This document shows, one piece after another, positions 21,579 to 34,222 of a stretch of 64,000 nt of DNA. A model generated the notes under the pieces. The model ran no database searches. It saw only the letters and a list, made by a program, of their open reading frames with translations, and was not told where the DNA came from. The stretch is from Phoronis australis (Eukaryota; Animalia; Phoronida), in contig NMRA01000469.1 of the NCBI GenBank assembly GCA_002633005.1, positions 1 to 64,000 of the forward strand, in the 5' to 3' direction. Position numbers and translations under genes: made by a program. How positions within the stretch are numbered: the first letter of the stretch is position 1; each line of letters begins with the position of its first letter.

Positions 21579-21980
21579 TATTCTTCTTCTGCCATGTTTG
21601 CTGTATTGTATTTCATTATTAAATTACCCAGGCAAAAAGGGCTTTAAACTTCTAGGGCTTTTCAAAAAATATGTGAAATGTATGAGATTATTTCAAAATT
21701 AGTAAAAGAATAAAATACCTGTATTGAATTTTAAGCAAAAAATCCCATGCTAACACATTTGCTATGCTCAATAGTTGTTTTTTGTCGAAATTTATCTGAT
21801 AAGTAAGTGAAAGAAATTTGTTAAAATATCAGACTTACATTAGTGTGTCTAGCAGTACTGTATGGTGTCAATNCGTGGTTGCGCTGCACGCGAAACAAGA
21901 TGGCGGACGAACTTTGGAGCCTGACGAAAATAGGTAACCGGACGATACTAATAGCCCTAATACTCGACAAAAACACTTGC

Positions 21981-22094
21981 TTCTTTAACATCGCCTATAC
22001 TTGTTCTTGCGTAATTCACAACATCAACATAAGGTAATGGTCTAGCAGCAATGCTGGGATTATAATCTCCCTTAGGACGAACATAGATCCTCAT
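21981..22094 (-). CDS. Duplicate copy of MUS81-like exon 1
   Basis: Matches 18932-19045, including the gcaagt donor. Confidence 0.6.
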
Positions 22095-22489
22095 GATCTC
22101 AAGCAAACAAGAGCAACTGCGCTTCACATGTTTTTCGTTTCTCCCGCTGCAGGACGTATTCTTGCAGCCTCGTTCGTAAGCCTCAAGATGGCACTCATCA
22201 GTTTAGCAGCGCTCTCTTGAGGGTAGCTGGCGTTCGTTGGCTGAAATAAAGCCACAGTTCACTTTCCTCGTCTGTTTTTCATGTTTTTTTCTTTAATTAC
22301 AATTATACATCATACAGTACGATATAAATTATTTTTAGAGTTTGAATATTAGAATATTCTCTGCAACTTATATTTTTTTATGAAACAGAATAGAGAATAG
22401 TAGCAATTATAAGCCACACAGCACCTAAGTTGGCAGGGTCTCAAGGAAAAGCAAGGTTACTTTTTCGTTTCGTTAAAAACTCTGAAAGG

Positions 22490-22534
22490 ATGTTGGCTTT
22501 CACAAGTCGCTTTGCAAGGCAAAAGCTGAAGGAA
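22490..22534 (+). CDS. PDHA1: PDHA1 exon 1, copy 2 ([15 protein letters not shown], mitochondrial presequence-like)
   Basis: ATG, basic N-terminus, gtgagt donor. Confidence 0.85.
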
Positions 22535-25500
22535 GTGAGTATCATTGCAATATCACAATTCAATTATTTACTTTGATGTTTTAATAAAAATGCAGGTACA
22601 CGATTATTTTGCACAGTTAATCTCAGACTCGGTCAAGATAGCGTATGCTGCCGCGCCTGTGGTAGGTCTATGTTAGCCTTGGTGCAAAGATGTATACTAA
22701 ATATACAGCTTTGTGCCGATGTGGGTTAAAAATTGACCAGATAAAATCTGACATAAATTAGTGTCATTAAAAACTGCACTTTTCCTTGAGTAAACTAAAT
22801 TATTTAGCGGTGTTGAAAAATTTGGCCTTCTAAGTTCTATCGTTATTCTGTTCTGCTGCTAAAATTGTAGTAGGCCTATTATCTTATGCGTTGGCTTTCG
22901 GCGCTATGAAATATTGCGTTACCTGTTGGTCAGTTTCTTTTTCTCTGATTCTTCAATTAACTGTTGTTCTTTTACGTTGCATACCCGTCACAAAAAATTA
23001 TCGGAACTGGTTTCACTTCTTTATAAGTGTTTAGAATTTTGATACCAGCAAACTGAAATTCAGAACAAATTTTGCTGCTGGGAAGCTGTCATCATCTCTT
23101 AACAGATGTCACAAAAATTAGGACATGACACATGCGCATGACACTTGCGTATACTCGGGAACCCAATGGTCGTCCGCCTAAGCATAAAACCGGCTTGTTG
23201 TCGTACTCACCCAATCATTCCACTTCAAAGTTATGATCTGAATAGGATTTGATTTAACTCTCACAAATATATAGTATTCGTTGATTCAAACGTTTTCTTT
23301 TACTTATGCCGAGTTGTTCAACTGTGCATTGCTTTTCGGCAGCCATTTTATAATGACACCTATGGTCGTCATATGCTGCCGCCTTTTGAAAGAACAGCAA
23401 ACCACACAGAAAAAGGCCAAGAAAATAGTGGAAAGTGGTATACAGCAATTCTACTTCAACCACAAACTGCTTTACTAGTATGATATCGATTTTTAAATCG
23501 ATTAAAATTGATTTAGAATTTCAGTTCTGGAAAATAAATCACGACTGAGCCCTGGATTGTTTTATTCCAGATATACCTTACTTATTTCTGTTTGTGACCT
23601 CTTTATTTGACTTTTTGCTCTTGTTGTACTTAACACCACTTATCTTTGCTGTCTTACTTTTTCTTTTCAGTTTCTCTTCATTCTCTGTTAACACCTTGTC
23701 AGCCAGAACAGAACTATAACCCTTTGAGACTTTGTCGGCGCAAGTTGATCATTGAACCTCAATACAATTGTTCTAATAAATTACCCATAATCGTATTGTT
23801 TGATTTTTTCTCATCTTTAACAGGCTTATGCAATCATAAATAAATAAATAAATACCCAAGTCGCATTTGAATTTTATTGCTCAATCTCTTCTTTTATTTT
23901 TGATTATGTCATGCTGTGTTGTATGTAACAATGCAATATAGTGAAATAAAGTCAATGTTTTACTTTATTGGTGGCCATTCTCTATCAATTCAAGTATTTT
24001 AATTTTCTTCAAATAAATTCAAAATGCTTTAATCAAAAATGTCAACATAAATGTCGAGCTCAGTACCGTGTTTTGCAATAAAAAAACAAGTGGACAATGT
24101 TTTGATGACCAAGGAGTGGGTCGAAACTGTTAAGCACCCAGCGTATTCCATTTGTCTGCTGCGTTTTTCCTTTGGCCTAACAGGTGTCGGTTAGTGCCTG
24201 GGACAAATAGATACATTGCATAGACAATCCCTGAGTTGCTTTTTGTTCCGTCTGAAGAAAATTTAATTTCGAAAATATCTTCTGAAAATGAACAAAAAAG
24301 TGCATTAGTAAAATCGACAAGTTTTTAAGTGGTCTCAAAAAAACAGTCGGTAAATGCACTAATTTTAGTCTCAGTTCTTCCATGCGTGTTTCTCCCGAGA
24401 GGTTAGTACCTAACGTGCAGACGAGCACTCCAAATTGGAACGCTAAGTCCCGCGTGGTTGCGCTGCACGCGAAACAAGATGGCGGACGACCTTTGGAGCC
24501 TGACGACGATAGGTATCCGGACTATACTGTTTTTAGAATGATGTTACAAAAGGCGGAGAATTGTGCAATATTGCTTTTCGCTTAAACGGCTGTAACCACA
24601 GGCGTCCTCAGCTTCTGATCACGTCCCCAATACAGTACATATCATACTACAAGGTATGACACTTGGGACTAGAAATTCCACGGGTGCTTCGATTCAGCCG
24701 TCCATATCAAACACATATAACTCAATAAATTTACACAAAACGGGGGTTCAGCAAACCATGAGCAATTGTTCTTTCTTATAATACAATTCACAATGTCCTG
24801 CTCTAGCGAGCTCACAAGAAATTCACAGTCAAAGCACAAAAATGTTCCCATAAAGCCCAAACACACCTCGCACTTTGACGGTTCGAGGTCATGTATGGTA
24901 CGGAAATTGCCGGTTTGTTGCGTAAATTCACGATGTCAATAACGCCGTCCATTCGTAATTCATCGGTAATATCCGTTTCATTCCACAATTTTAGCAGCAC
25001 AGAATAACGGTAGAAGGCCAATTTTTCCAACATCGCTTACTAATTTAGTTTACTCGAGAAAGAGTGTAGCTTTTAATCTCTCTTAAGTTTGTGTCAGATT
25101 TTATCTGGTCAGTTTTTACCCACATTGGCGGAAAGTTATATGTTGTCAGTCATTTCAATTCAACCCGCCCTGAAAAGTGTTTTTTGAACATTTGAACTCA
25201 TGTACCTGACTCAAAATAAAAAGTCATTCTGAATTAATGGGTAGACGGACTACTAATGTGCAGTTTTTATATTTTACTTGCAGTTGTCCTCGGCTATTGC
25301 TTGTAAGCAGTATAGTAATGATGCTACATTTGAAGTATCTAAGGTAAGCTTACTTAAACAACTATTCAGCTGCCAAACACATATGATGCCCTGGCTAGAC
25401 TTAAAGTGCATCGGTCAGACTTGTACACACTGCGCATATCTCTTGAAATCAAATCTCCAAAGTGCAGGCTAGACTTCTGAATTCAGTACCTAGATTCTGT

Positions 25501-28500
25501 ATACACTGTGGCTAGAGACCAGACATTTCCACTGTCACTCTCATCTGATAGCCACACTAAGACTGTTGACACACTAGTTCTATTTTACTACAGCCCTACA
25601 CATTGCACAAACTGGAGGAAGGCCCCTCTACAAGCGTGACGTGTAGCAAGGATGATGCCTTGAAGTTCTACCGTCAAATGATTGTCATTCGTCGAATGGA
25701 GACTGAGGCTGGAAATCTGTACAAGGAAAAGAACATCCGAGGTTTCTGTCACCTGTACTCTGGCCAGGTAAATTATGTGACTCTTGCCAGGTATATTACT
25801 TGTGCTCTGGCCGGGTAAGTTATGTGTATTCTGGCCAGGTAAGTTACCTGTACTCTGGCCATGAATGTCTCCTGTTCTCTGGCCTGGTAAGTTATCTGTA
25901 CTCTGGCCAGTTAAGTTATACGTACTCTGGTCAGGTAAGTTATCTGTACTCTGGTCAGTTAAGTTATCTGTACTCTGGTCAGGTAAGTTATCTGTACTCT
26001 GGCCAGGTAAGTTACCTATTCTTCTTCTGCCAGGTTTGCTGTATTGTATTTCATAAATATTAAATTACCCTGGCAAAACGGGCTTTAAACTTCTGGGGCT
26101 TTTCAAAAAATATGTGAAATGTATGAGATTATATCAAAATTAATAAAAGAATAAAATACCTGACGTATTGAATTTTAAGCAAAAAATCCCATGCTAACAC
26201 ATCTGCTATGCTCAATAGTTGTTTTTTGTCGAAATTTATCTGATAAGTTAGTGAAAGAAATTTGTTAAAATATCAGACTTATATTAGTGTGTCTAGCAGT
26301 ACTGTATGGTGTAAATATAGACAGACATGTTTTTAAATGACCTGAAAATAAGATACGAGGTAAACTACATGATTGTGAACTTAGTGTCTATTGTGAAATC
26401 TATTCATAGCAGTATATTCTAGTAACCACTGGATGAGCATTGTCATATCAACAGTGTTATGATATCAACAGTGTTGTTTTATAATAAGGTTGTAACATGC
26501 AGTAACACATGGTTATCAGTATCCAACACATAAATACAGTCAGGTGCTATCATTGATAAGTGACACTTGTCTTGTGTCCATAGGAAGCATTATTGTTAAG
26601 TGACACTTGTCTTGTGTTTATAGGAAGCCTGTTGTGTTGGTATGGAAGCTGCTATTACAAGTGACGACGCTGTAATCACAGCATACAGAGCTCATGGTTG
26701 GACATATGTACGGGGTGCATCGGTTTTAGGAGTGTTAGCAGAACTGACTGGTAACTATCACAGGCCTCCTGTGCTCGATCAGACGTTTAAAGTTGCTATA
26801 TTTTTGTTTTTTACCATAATTGTTTGTTTTTAAATTATTTCGAATAGAGACCAGTCAAGATTTCACAAGTTTTCACAAAGTTTGTGCATCGGTCTTTCCT
26901 GGGGACTCCAATTAAAAATTTCTCCCATTATTGCTGGAAAGGAACGCAGGTCTGAGAATTTTTGTTACCTCTATCAAAGATCATGATTCATTTTGATGTA
27001 TAGCTTACAAAAATTTGGATTGAATTTTGACCATCTTGTAGGCTGTGGGCTGCAGCTCCAGTCTTTATGTTGTGACCATGTCAGAAGAGCATTATTGTTG
27101 TGTGGTAACAGCATTTTAAGTTGAACATTGTTTGTAAAAATGCAGATTTTTATGCTCTTTTAATGTAACATTATTCAGCAACAGGTGGCATTGCATGCTG
27201 TCGCCAGTCAGCAACGCAGAAATTGAGAAAGTTTAGAAGTTTGTATTCGTTACTAAATGATGAAAAATGAAACTAATACTGGGGAAATGTTCGTTGGTGA
27301 ATATTTTTGTAACATAAGCTTTAGTGTATTACTTGAAGTTGTTTTCACAGCAGTGATTTTGTGACTTGATTTGGTCAAATATTCTGGTGTTAAATCAGTG
27401 GTCATTACTAATTTTACTTCATTATACATCATACTCAGTTTTTTAAATGATGTACGATTTTTACTGTACTAGAAATATCAGTATAGTTCGGTAGCAGCCC
27501 TTTGTTCATTCAAACTTCGTTAAAAACACAACTAGACTTTTTGTTTGCAAGGTTGATGCTGGTTTCACTTATTGCCTGATGAGTCTCGAAATATTATGTC
27601 TCTCGGTGTTTTACTACACCTGAAGAAAGGAGACTGTTCTGAAACTACGAGCGTACCAGTATCAAGCTTGCAAACAAAAAGTCTAGTCATGTTTTTAACA
27701 AAGTTTGTACTAGAAATATGTGTACAAAAGGTCATCATATTTTAATCCATTCCACACACTGTTATATTGTTGTCAATTTTTGAAGCATTTTCCATTTAGG
27801 TTATTTAATCCATTTTAAGCATCCATGTTGACCTTTACAGTGTTTTACAGCTTGTATGGATTTGGTTAGACGTTGTTACCACCAGTAGTCAAGCACTTCT
27901 CTGTAAAATGCAAAGTAGACAAATTTGCAAAACATTTTCATTAAGGAAGAATTTTTTCTATTTTGTTCTGAAATTTCTTTGTTTTGGGTTCAAATCAGTA
28001 TTTTCTGATACCTAATTTCTCCTTATTTCTGAATTGGTGTTCCGTTGACCCAGGTAGGCCACCCTTGTTTGCCATTTCTAACATTCCCCCATATTTATGT
28101 TCTCCTGTCCTGACAATCCTCCAACTCAAAATTCCTCTGCCCCAATGTTTTATCTTTCTGACGTCTTCTTGGCTCAATTCTAACTTGGGTGTCTTTCCAA
28201 GTTTTCTGTATACCGGAGGGCCAGCAGTTTTCTGTTTGTCAGCTATTAAATTCTGTACGAAAAGTTTTACATTCACTAATATACATGTATTCTGGCCATA
28301 TTTCTGTTGGTTTTTAAACAGGAGCATCTTCCCTGAGAAGCAATTTCTGTTGGTTTTTAAACAGGAGCATCTTCCCTGAGAAGCAATTTCTGTTGGTTTT
28401 TAAACAGGAGCATCTTCCCTGAGAAGCAATGTGGTGTATGCAGAATGTTCAACAATGTTTATTCAAGATCTGTTAACTGACAGTGGCGGCCTTCTCAGTC

Positions 28501-31500
28501 TGGTATAGCAATGGCCTTGTATAAAATCCAAAATGGGGCAAAGGTGCAAGATCCAGTTATCCTTCACCTATGAATTAGTAATACTAGCACAGCCATGGGG
28601 GGTACAGTAGAGTCCTGTCCCCTGTTCGTTGTTGAAATGCTCTGCAGACCTGTTCAAAACTTATTTCAATTTTGCCTTCGATCTGCTCACTGTTTTGATA
28701 AGCAAATAGTTATCAGATAATGATAAACATTTTATCTGACTGTGAGCATCTCCTTCAGGTAAACTGAGTGGTGTTTCCAAAGGAAAGGGTGGTTCCATGC
28801 ACATGTATGCTCACAACTTCTTCGGAGGAAATGGTATTGTTGGTGCCCAGGTGAGTTGCATGGAAAACAAGGTAGTCTGTTACTGGGCCACAGGCCAGTG
28901 TTGGTATGTCAGGTAAAAAAGTTTAAGAAAGTGCATCTGTCTTTCACTGCCAACTCAAGGAGCAAATCGGGCCATCCTGGTCTACTTGTAGCGACAGTGG
29001 TGAATCTACTGTCAAGTTCCATGTCACTCATGGCTCGCAACCTGCTTCAGGGGAATGTTTATGCCAATAAACCACATAATGTACATGAAAATTATCAATC
29101 CTGCATTACCCATGTCAAACAGGACTCAAAAGTCTTTGAAGTTCACTGTCTAATAAGAAATTTTAAATCTCTTTAACAGTTATCACTATTCCTGCATCAG
29201 TGTGGGACAATGAATGATGGTTGACAGTCGAGTCATTGAGGTGTTGTAATCCTGCTTTAATGTCAGTGTGACTGAGACTTTAGTGATATCACTGTATTGG
29301 TCTACTCTTGTAGATACCTCTGTGTGCAGGCATCACGTGTGGAACAATGAATGACAGTTAACAGTCGTCGAGTCACTGAGGTGTCATAATCCTGCTTTAA
29401 TGCCACTGTGATTTAAACTTAAGTGACATCACTGTATTGGTCTACTCTTCCAGGTGCCTCTCGGTGCAGGTATTGCATTCGCCATGAAGTACAACAACAC
29501 CAACAATGTATGTCTCACTCTGTATGGTGACGGTGCTGCCAACCAGGGCCAGGTGTTTGAGGCGTACAATATAGCCAAGTTGTGGAATCTCCCCTGTATA
29601 TTCATCTGTGAGAACAACAAGTATGGCATGGGTACTGCTGTACATCGCTCTTCAGCCAGCACTGATTACTTTGCCAGAGGAGACTACATACCTGGACTTA
29701 GGGTAAACTTTCTACCATCATCTTATTTCATTTTATGAAGTGAAGCTTGGTACAAAAAACATACAAAAACTTTTTGAAATTATTCTAAAATCTTTTAACT
29801 GCTATGTCTTCTAATGTACAAAAAGTAGAAAGTGCCAGAGTAATCATTGTCATCAAAGAATTTTTAATTTGAATTGGACTATTCATCACTTTTCTAATAT
29901 AAAAAGTGATTTACATCCTTGCCAAAAAACAGGAAACCTTTTGCATTCAGCAGATAATCTTGTTTTTGTGTTACCATTGCTTTTAAACAAGAAATATGTC
30001 CATCTGTCACATCTCTAAGTAAGTTCTTAATAAGCTATTTGCACACTACTGGAGCAAAACTTTTTAGTTTATCGTTAAACATCTCAACACAGGTACCTAT
30101 GTAAAAATACTGTTTTTGCACTGCTGAAACATAGTGTTTAGTGAGCATGTATAAGGTAAGTTGGGGGACAAACTGTTTTCATTCGGATAAAGTGTTTCTT
30201 CTTGCAATATTCTTTTTGTGGTTATGATAACTCTAATCCATAGAGCTCGAATGGCTGCTCATGTAAGGTGCAATGTTTCTCATTCCCAAATCATTAAGTC
30301 ATTTCTTCTTTGTATAATAGGTTGATGGTATGGATGTTCTAGCAGTTAGAGAAGCTACTCGCTGGGCTGCAGACTGGTGTCGCTCAGGGAAAGGACCTCT
30401 AGTGATGGAGGTTGAGACTTACAGATATGGAGGGCACAGCATGAGTGACCCAGGGACAAGGTAAACTATACCCTTGTTTGTGGTATTAAAGCATTTTAAG
30501 TATTGACAGTGTGAAAACTCTGCAGTTTGATACATTGAAATGTAAAGGATTTATGGCAAAGTGCCACTTCTTATTCTGTGTATTCAACAAAATGTAATCA
30601 CATACCATTCTTGTGTCTAATTTAAATTTTGGTGTTAACACCCTCGGTTTTCTCTTTTAAGAACGGACAATAAACATGGAAGCAATTGTGCAGACCATAC
30701 TATGAATGTTACTGATAAGATTTTTACTTACATGGCATACTTTCCCTTGAACAGATGTATCAATCTTTATTAAAGTTGGTGCTCTAGGAATTGATTGTTT
30801 CCAGCAAGCAGTCTTCTCCATAACCTGCTTTGACTAGTCACTGCGTCAAGTTTGAATTTTGTTGCCACTAGTTTGACTTACTTGCGTCGAGTTTGAAAAC
30901 CTATGCAACAAGTTTAAAGTATTGGGAGATTAGGTATTTCTTGAGCAAATTAGGAAATTTTGTATTTTTGGTACCAGTTCAATGTATTTATTCCAAGACT
31001 TAACACACAAGTTCCATATGTTATGGACATGGATTTTCAAACACGTATGTGAATTTTATAATTCCAGTCGATTTCGAATTTTCTATTGTGGAGAACACTG
31101 GTAAGGTGGGATACAATCATTACTATTCTCAATTTTGACAAAGATTGTTAGAAATTACATTTGTTCAAACCATAAGGTTATATAGGGCCTTGTAGACATG
31201 TCTGTATTCTGACAAATATCTACAAAACTGTAGATTTTAACTCAATAAAAATGTATATTTTTTGAAAGTAGGAAGCCTGTAGCGTTTGATTTGTGACTTT
31301 TTACCAGTCTTCCATTCATTGGGTCACATGACCATTTTTTTCATTAAAATTTAGCAAAGAAGATAGGTGTATTCATAGCAAAACAACTGTATTAAATAAC
31401 GTGACCAAATTTTGATTGATATAAATGTTCAACATGAAATCTCAAAAACGCTGTTACAGATAAGTTCTATTTTTATAACCCCTCATGCGAAAGTGGAACA

Positions 31501-33713
31501 TTTTAAAAACAAGTCCTAACAGAATTTTGCAGAACTGTCCATAAAGAATTAGTATCAGAAAATTTCATATGAATTTGATGAGCCATGTTTGAGGTCTGAT
31601 GTTGTAAAGTTAGACACATATCGACATTTGTCTAGTGTCCTGCATAACCTTGAGAGTGATTAATGCTGTTGGGGGAGCAGTAGGCTCTATCCACTTCTGG
31701 TGACAACTTTTGGGCTGGAGGTGGGTACACAGCCTATATATTTAGGTAGGGCGTGCTTCTGAGCCTTGAAAATTGCAACCATAAATACTATTAAAGAAAA
31801 TGAAAAATACCATAATGTTAAACATATGGCTCACTCCATAGAATATGTATGAAACTGGTTACCTAAAATGTAGTTAAAAACGCCTGATCCTAACACCAGA
31901 AATCTGAAAAATAGACACCATCTTTATAACAAAAAATGGGCTCTGTTTCAGCAGCTTGTCCTCAGAACCTTGCACTGTGTGCTCCAGGATATAAGAAAAA
32001 GTTTGTGTCTGTTAAGCGTGCAGTTCCACGAGAATATGCCTTTTGATCAGTGACTGTTGGTCATGTTTTTGGACTTAATTCATCAACATTCATTTAACAT
32101 TTTATAGTTACCGTCAGCGTCAAGAAATTCAAGAAGTACGAGAGCAGTCGGATCCCATTGCTACATTTAAGAAGAAGATCTTGGAAGCTGGACTAGTAGA
32201 AGCGGCTGAACTGAAAGTGAGTAATCATAATTATGTGCATGCATGTGTGTGACCATCAAGTGATACATGACACAACTTGTCAGGCAGGTGTGTGCCATTG
32301 AATGGTGGCTTCCCCTATGGAAAGGCTTCATTTTTTCCGAATTTTGCCATTCTTAGGATTTTGTCACCATAATAAAAACAACAATGTATTTCAATCATGC
32401 CGTGTTTTGGCGGGAAAACCAGAGTATGTTTAACTCTAGTCTTTAATGGCATCTGCTGGTGTATCTCCAAAACCCTTGATGGTCCGTGATGAAATTTTGC
32501 ATACACTTTCCTATTATACATGGGAATGTCCGAGGCTGATGGAACTACTGCTGCCACCTAACATTGCAATTTAATTTTTTGCATTTGCCTCTACCTTTGG
32601 AGTTCTCTGATAGATTTTTGTAAAATTGGACAAATAGTTGTCTATTAAGGAGACAATGGTGCCTTCCTGTTTTTGGATGGATTGGACTTATTCCGCGCTA
32701 CCTAATGTTCATTTTTACTGTCTTTGTGTCTGTTTCTATCTGCCAAACGATGTCAAACATGGATTAAACATATTGTATGTCACCATTTTTATCACTTCAG
32801 TCAAACAACTTCTAAAAATCATGAAAATTGGTGCATGGTTTAGTTCCGGGAAGAGTATGGCTGATGCTTTCAGATGGGTACCACTGATGTGGCAAACCCT
32901 AGCAACAATTTTGTTTTTTCTTGCCTGTGGCTCAAAAGCTGCTAAGTCCATTGATGAATTTTCATGAAAATGGGTATATGCTTTTATTGAATAGAGTGCA
33001 GCTAGGATGGATTTTGGGACAAATCCAAGTACTGAGGAGTCGCTTAGTGGCAATTTTAATTTTCTTTACATTTGCCAAGGTCCTTGATGTATGTTATGAA
33101 ATTTGGCAAATGAGTTGATATCCGAGATGACAGCACCCGTTCCATTTCAGACGGATGTAGGTTGTGCCCCCTAGTGACCTTTTCTTTATTTTTTTGTCTG
33201 TTCATGGTCATCCACGTCCTCCTAATGTCTTGAAGAAACTTGATGAAATGTGACAAATATGTTCCTATCGAGCAGAGCATTGCTGACTTGCTTTGCACCC
33301 CCTAGAACCTATTTTAAGTTTACTGGAGTCACTCCCTCTAGTGCGAATGGTTAAAATGATGCTCATTCATTTAATCTGCGCTATATGTGATGTACGGTGA
33401 GTGCTCATCTACGTTCCACATTGTGCTTGTTATGTATCTTCAATGCATGTCTGTTTGTGGTTTGGTCTCAGTCCCATAGCTTGTCATTCTATAGATAGAT
33501 GCTAAACTTATTATTAGTAATTGTCTGGTTCTTTACCTGTCTCTCTTCTTGCAGGCTCTTGACAAGGAAGTTCGCAGTGAGGTGGACCAAGCTAAACAGT
33601 CATCAGTGAGCGACCCAGAGATACCTCTGAGTGAACTCTATACCCACGTATATAATGACCAGAAAGATTTCAGAGTTAGGGGCTGTGACCCATATACATG
33701 GAACATTAACTGA
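22490..33713 (+). CDS. PDHA1: Pyruvate dehydrogenase E1 component subunit alpha, mitochondrial; 9 exons, 384 aa
   Basis: Exons 22490-22534, 25284-25343, 25594-25767, 26624-26750, 28759-28850, 29454-29702, 30321-30460, 32108-32216 and 33555-33713 (1155 nt, all GT-AG). Motifs [28 protein letters not shown] (TPP-binding), CENN and GHSMSDPG. Confidence 0.97.
23152..24524. mobile_element. 1.37-kb TA-duplicating DNA element nested in copy 2 only
   Basis: Empty site tgcgTActg at 20091-20099; the filled site has TA on both sides. Imperfect 23-bp TIRs TACTCGGGAACCCAATGGTCGTC / GACGACGATAGGTATCCGGACTA. Confidence 0.85.
25284..25343 (+). CDS. PDHA1: PDHA1 exon 2, copy 2
   Basis: ttgcag acceptor, gtaagc donor; [20 protein letters not shown]. 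Confidence 0.9.
25594..25767 (+). CDS. PDHA1: PDHA1 exon 3, copy 2
   Basis: [11 protein letters not shown]...[11 protein letters not shown]. Confidence 0.95.
26624..26750 (+). CDS. PDHA1: PDHA1 exon 4
   Basis: [11 protein letters not shown]...ITAYRAHGW...LAELT. Confidence 0.95.
27511..27707. mobile_element. Short hairpin element with 53-bp inverted arms
   Basis: caaacttcgttaaaaacacaactagactttttgtttgcaagg / cttgcaaacaaaaagtctagtcatgtttttaacaaagtttg. Confidence 0.75.
28300..28430. repeat. 43-bp tandem repeat, 3 copies
   Basis: tttctgttggtttttaaacaggagcatcttccctgagaagcaa. Confidence 0.92.
28759..28850 (+). CDS. PDHA1: PDHA1 exon 5
   Basis: [24 protein letters not shown]. Confidence 0.96.
29454..29702 (+). 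CDS. PDHA1: PDHA1 exon 6 (TPP-binding motif)
   Basis: [10 protein letters not shown]...[10 protein letters not shown]...[10 protein letters not shown]...IPGLR. Confidence 0.97.
30321..30460 (+). CDS. PDHA1: PDHA1 exon 7 (phosphorylation loop)
   Basis: [12 protein letters not shown]...[14 protein letters not shown]. Confidence 0.96.
32108..32216 (+). CDS. PDHA1: PDHA1 exon 8
   Basis: [17 protein letters not shown]...ELK. Confidence 0.95.
32410..33435 (-). mobile_element. Diverged HINE-type repeat in PDHA1 intron 8, reverse orientation
   Basis: Reverse-complement modules (ttcatgaaa, gaaatttggca, tagtggcaatttt). Confidence 0.55.
33555..33713 (+). CDS. PDHA1: PDHA1 exon 9 (terminal)
   Basis: [11 protein letters not shown]...[14 protein letters not shown]...VRGCDP..., ending in TGA. 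Confidence 0.95.
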   Translation, partial: ALDKEVRSEVDQAKQSSVSDPEIPLSELYTHVYNDQKDFRVRGCDPYTWNIN

Positions 33714-34216
33714 GAGTAAAAGCCACGAGATTACAGTATCTTGAATATCTTAGGTTTTCTTGTGATAAAAGTCTTGTGCTGTCCTTGTTGGAAAATCCAC
33801 TGCTTGTCTTATTTAGCACACAATATAGCTGACAAGAGAAATTCTGTGTTGTCAAATTTCTCCAAAAAAGTTTCTGCTGGGTAGATGTCATAAAATAACT
33901 TTTTTGTTTGTTTTCTGTTATTGGCAGCGAAGTAATCAGCCTTTTGAAAAATAGAAAAATACCAAATTTTGGCTTTTATTTTTGTGTGAAATAAGTGGAT
34001 AGTTATGGTATGTTTGGTCTGTAATGCTTTCTGCGTTATGTTGATGTTACCTAATGTTCATACCAAGAGTTTGTTGGATTATTGTTTACACAGATGAATA
34101 ATATCTTTGGATTTAATGGAAATTACATCACTAAACTGGTTTTGCCAAACTGTTTTCATTAATGCTCCATTTTGACATGAACTTTGATTGCTGTTGATTT
34201 TTTTTTGAAATAACTC

Positions 34217-34222
34217 AATAAA
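34217..34222 (+). terminator. Candidate PDHA1 polyadenylation signal AATAAA
   Basis: AATAAA about 500 nt after the stop, followed by a T/GT-rich tract. Confidence 0.5.

Larger units (their letters stand above)
18907..26310. repeat. Direct duplication about 18907-21872 / 21956-26310 (likely two haplotypes)
   Basis: Collinear high identity, a single N at junction 21873, and an extra 1.37-kb insertion in copy 2. Confidence 0.9.

Noticed and set aside
27984-28379. 131-aa and 110-aa overlapping ORFs in PDHA1 intron 4
   Set aside because: No recognisable motif, and they run into a 43-bp tandem repeat.
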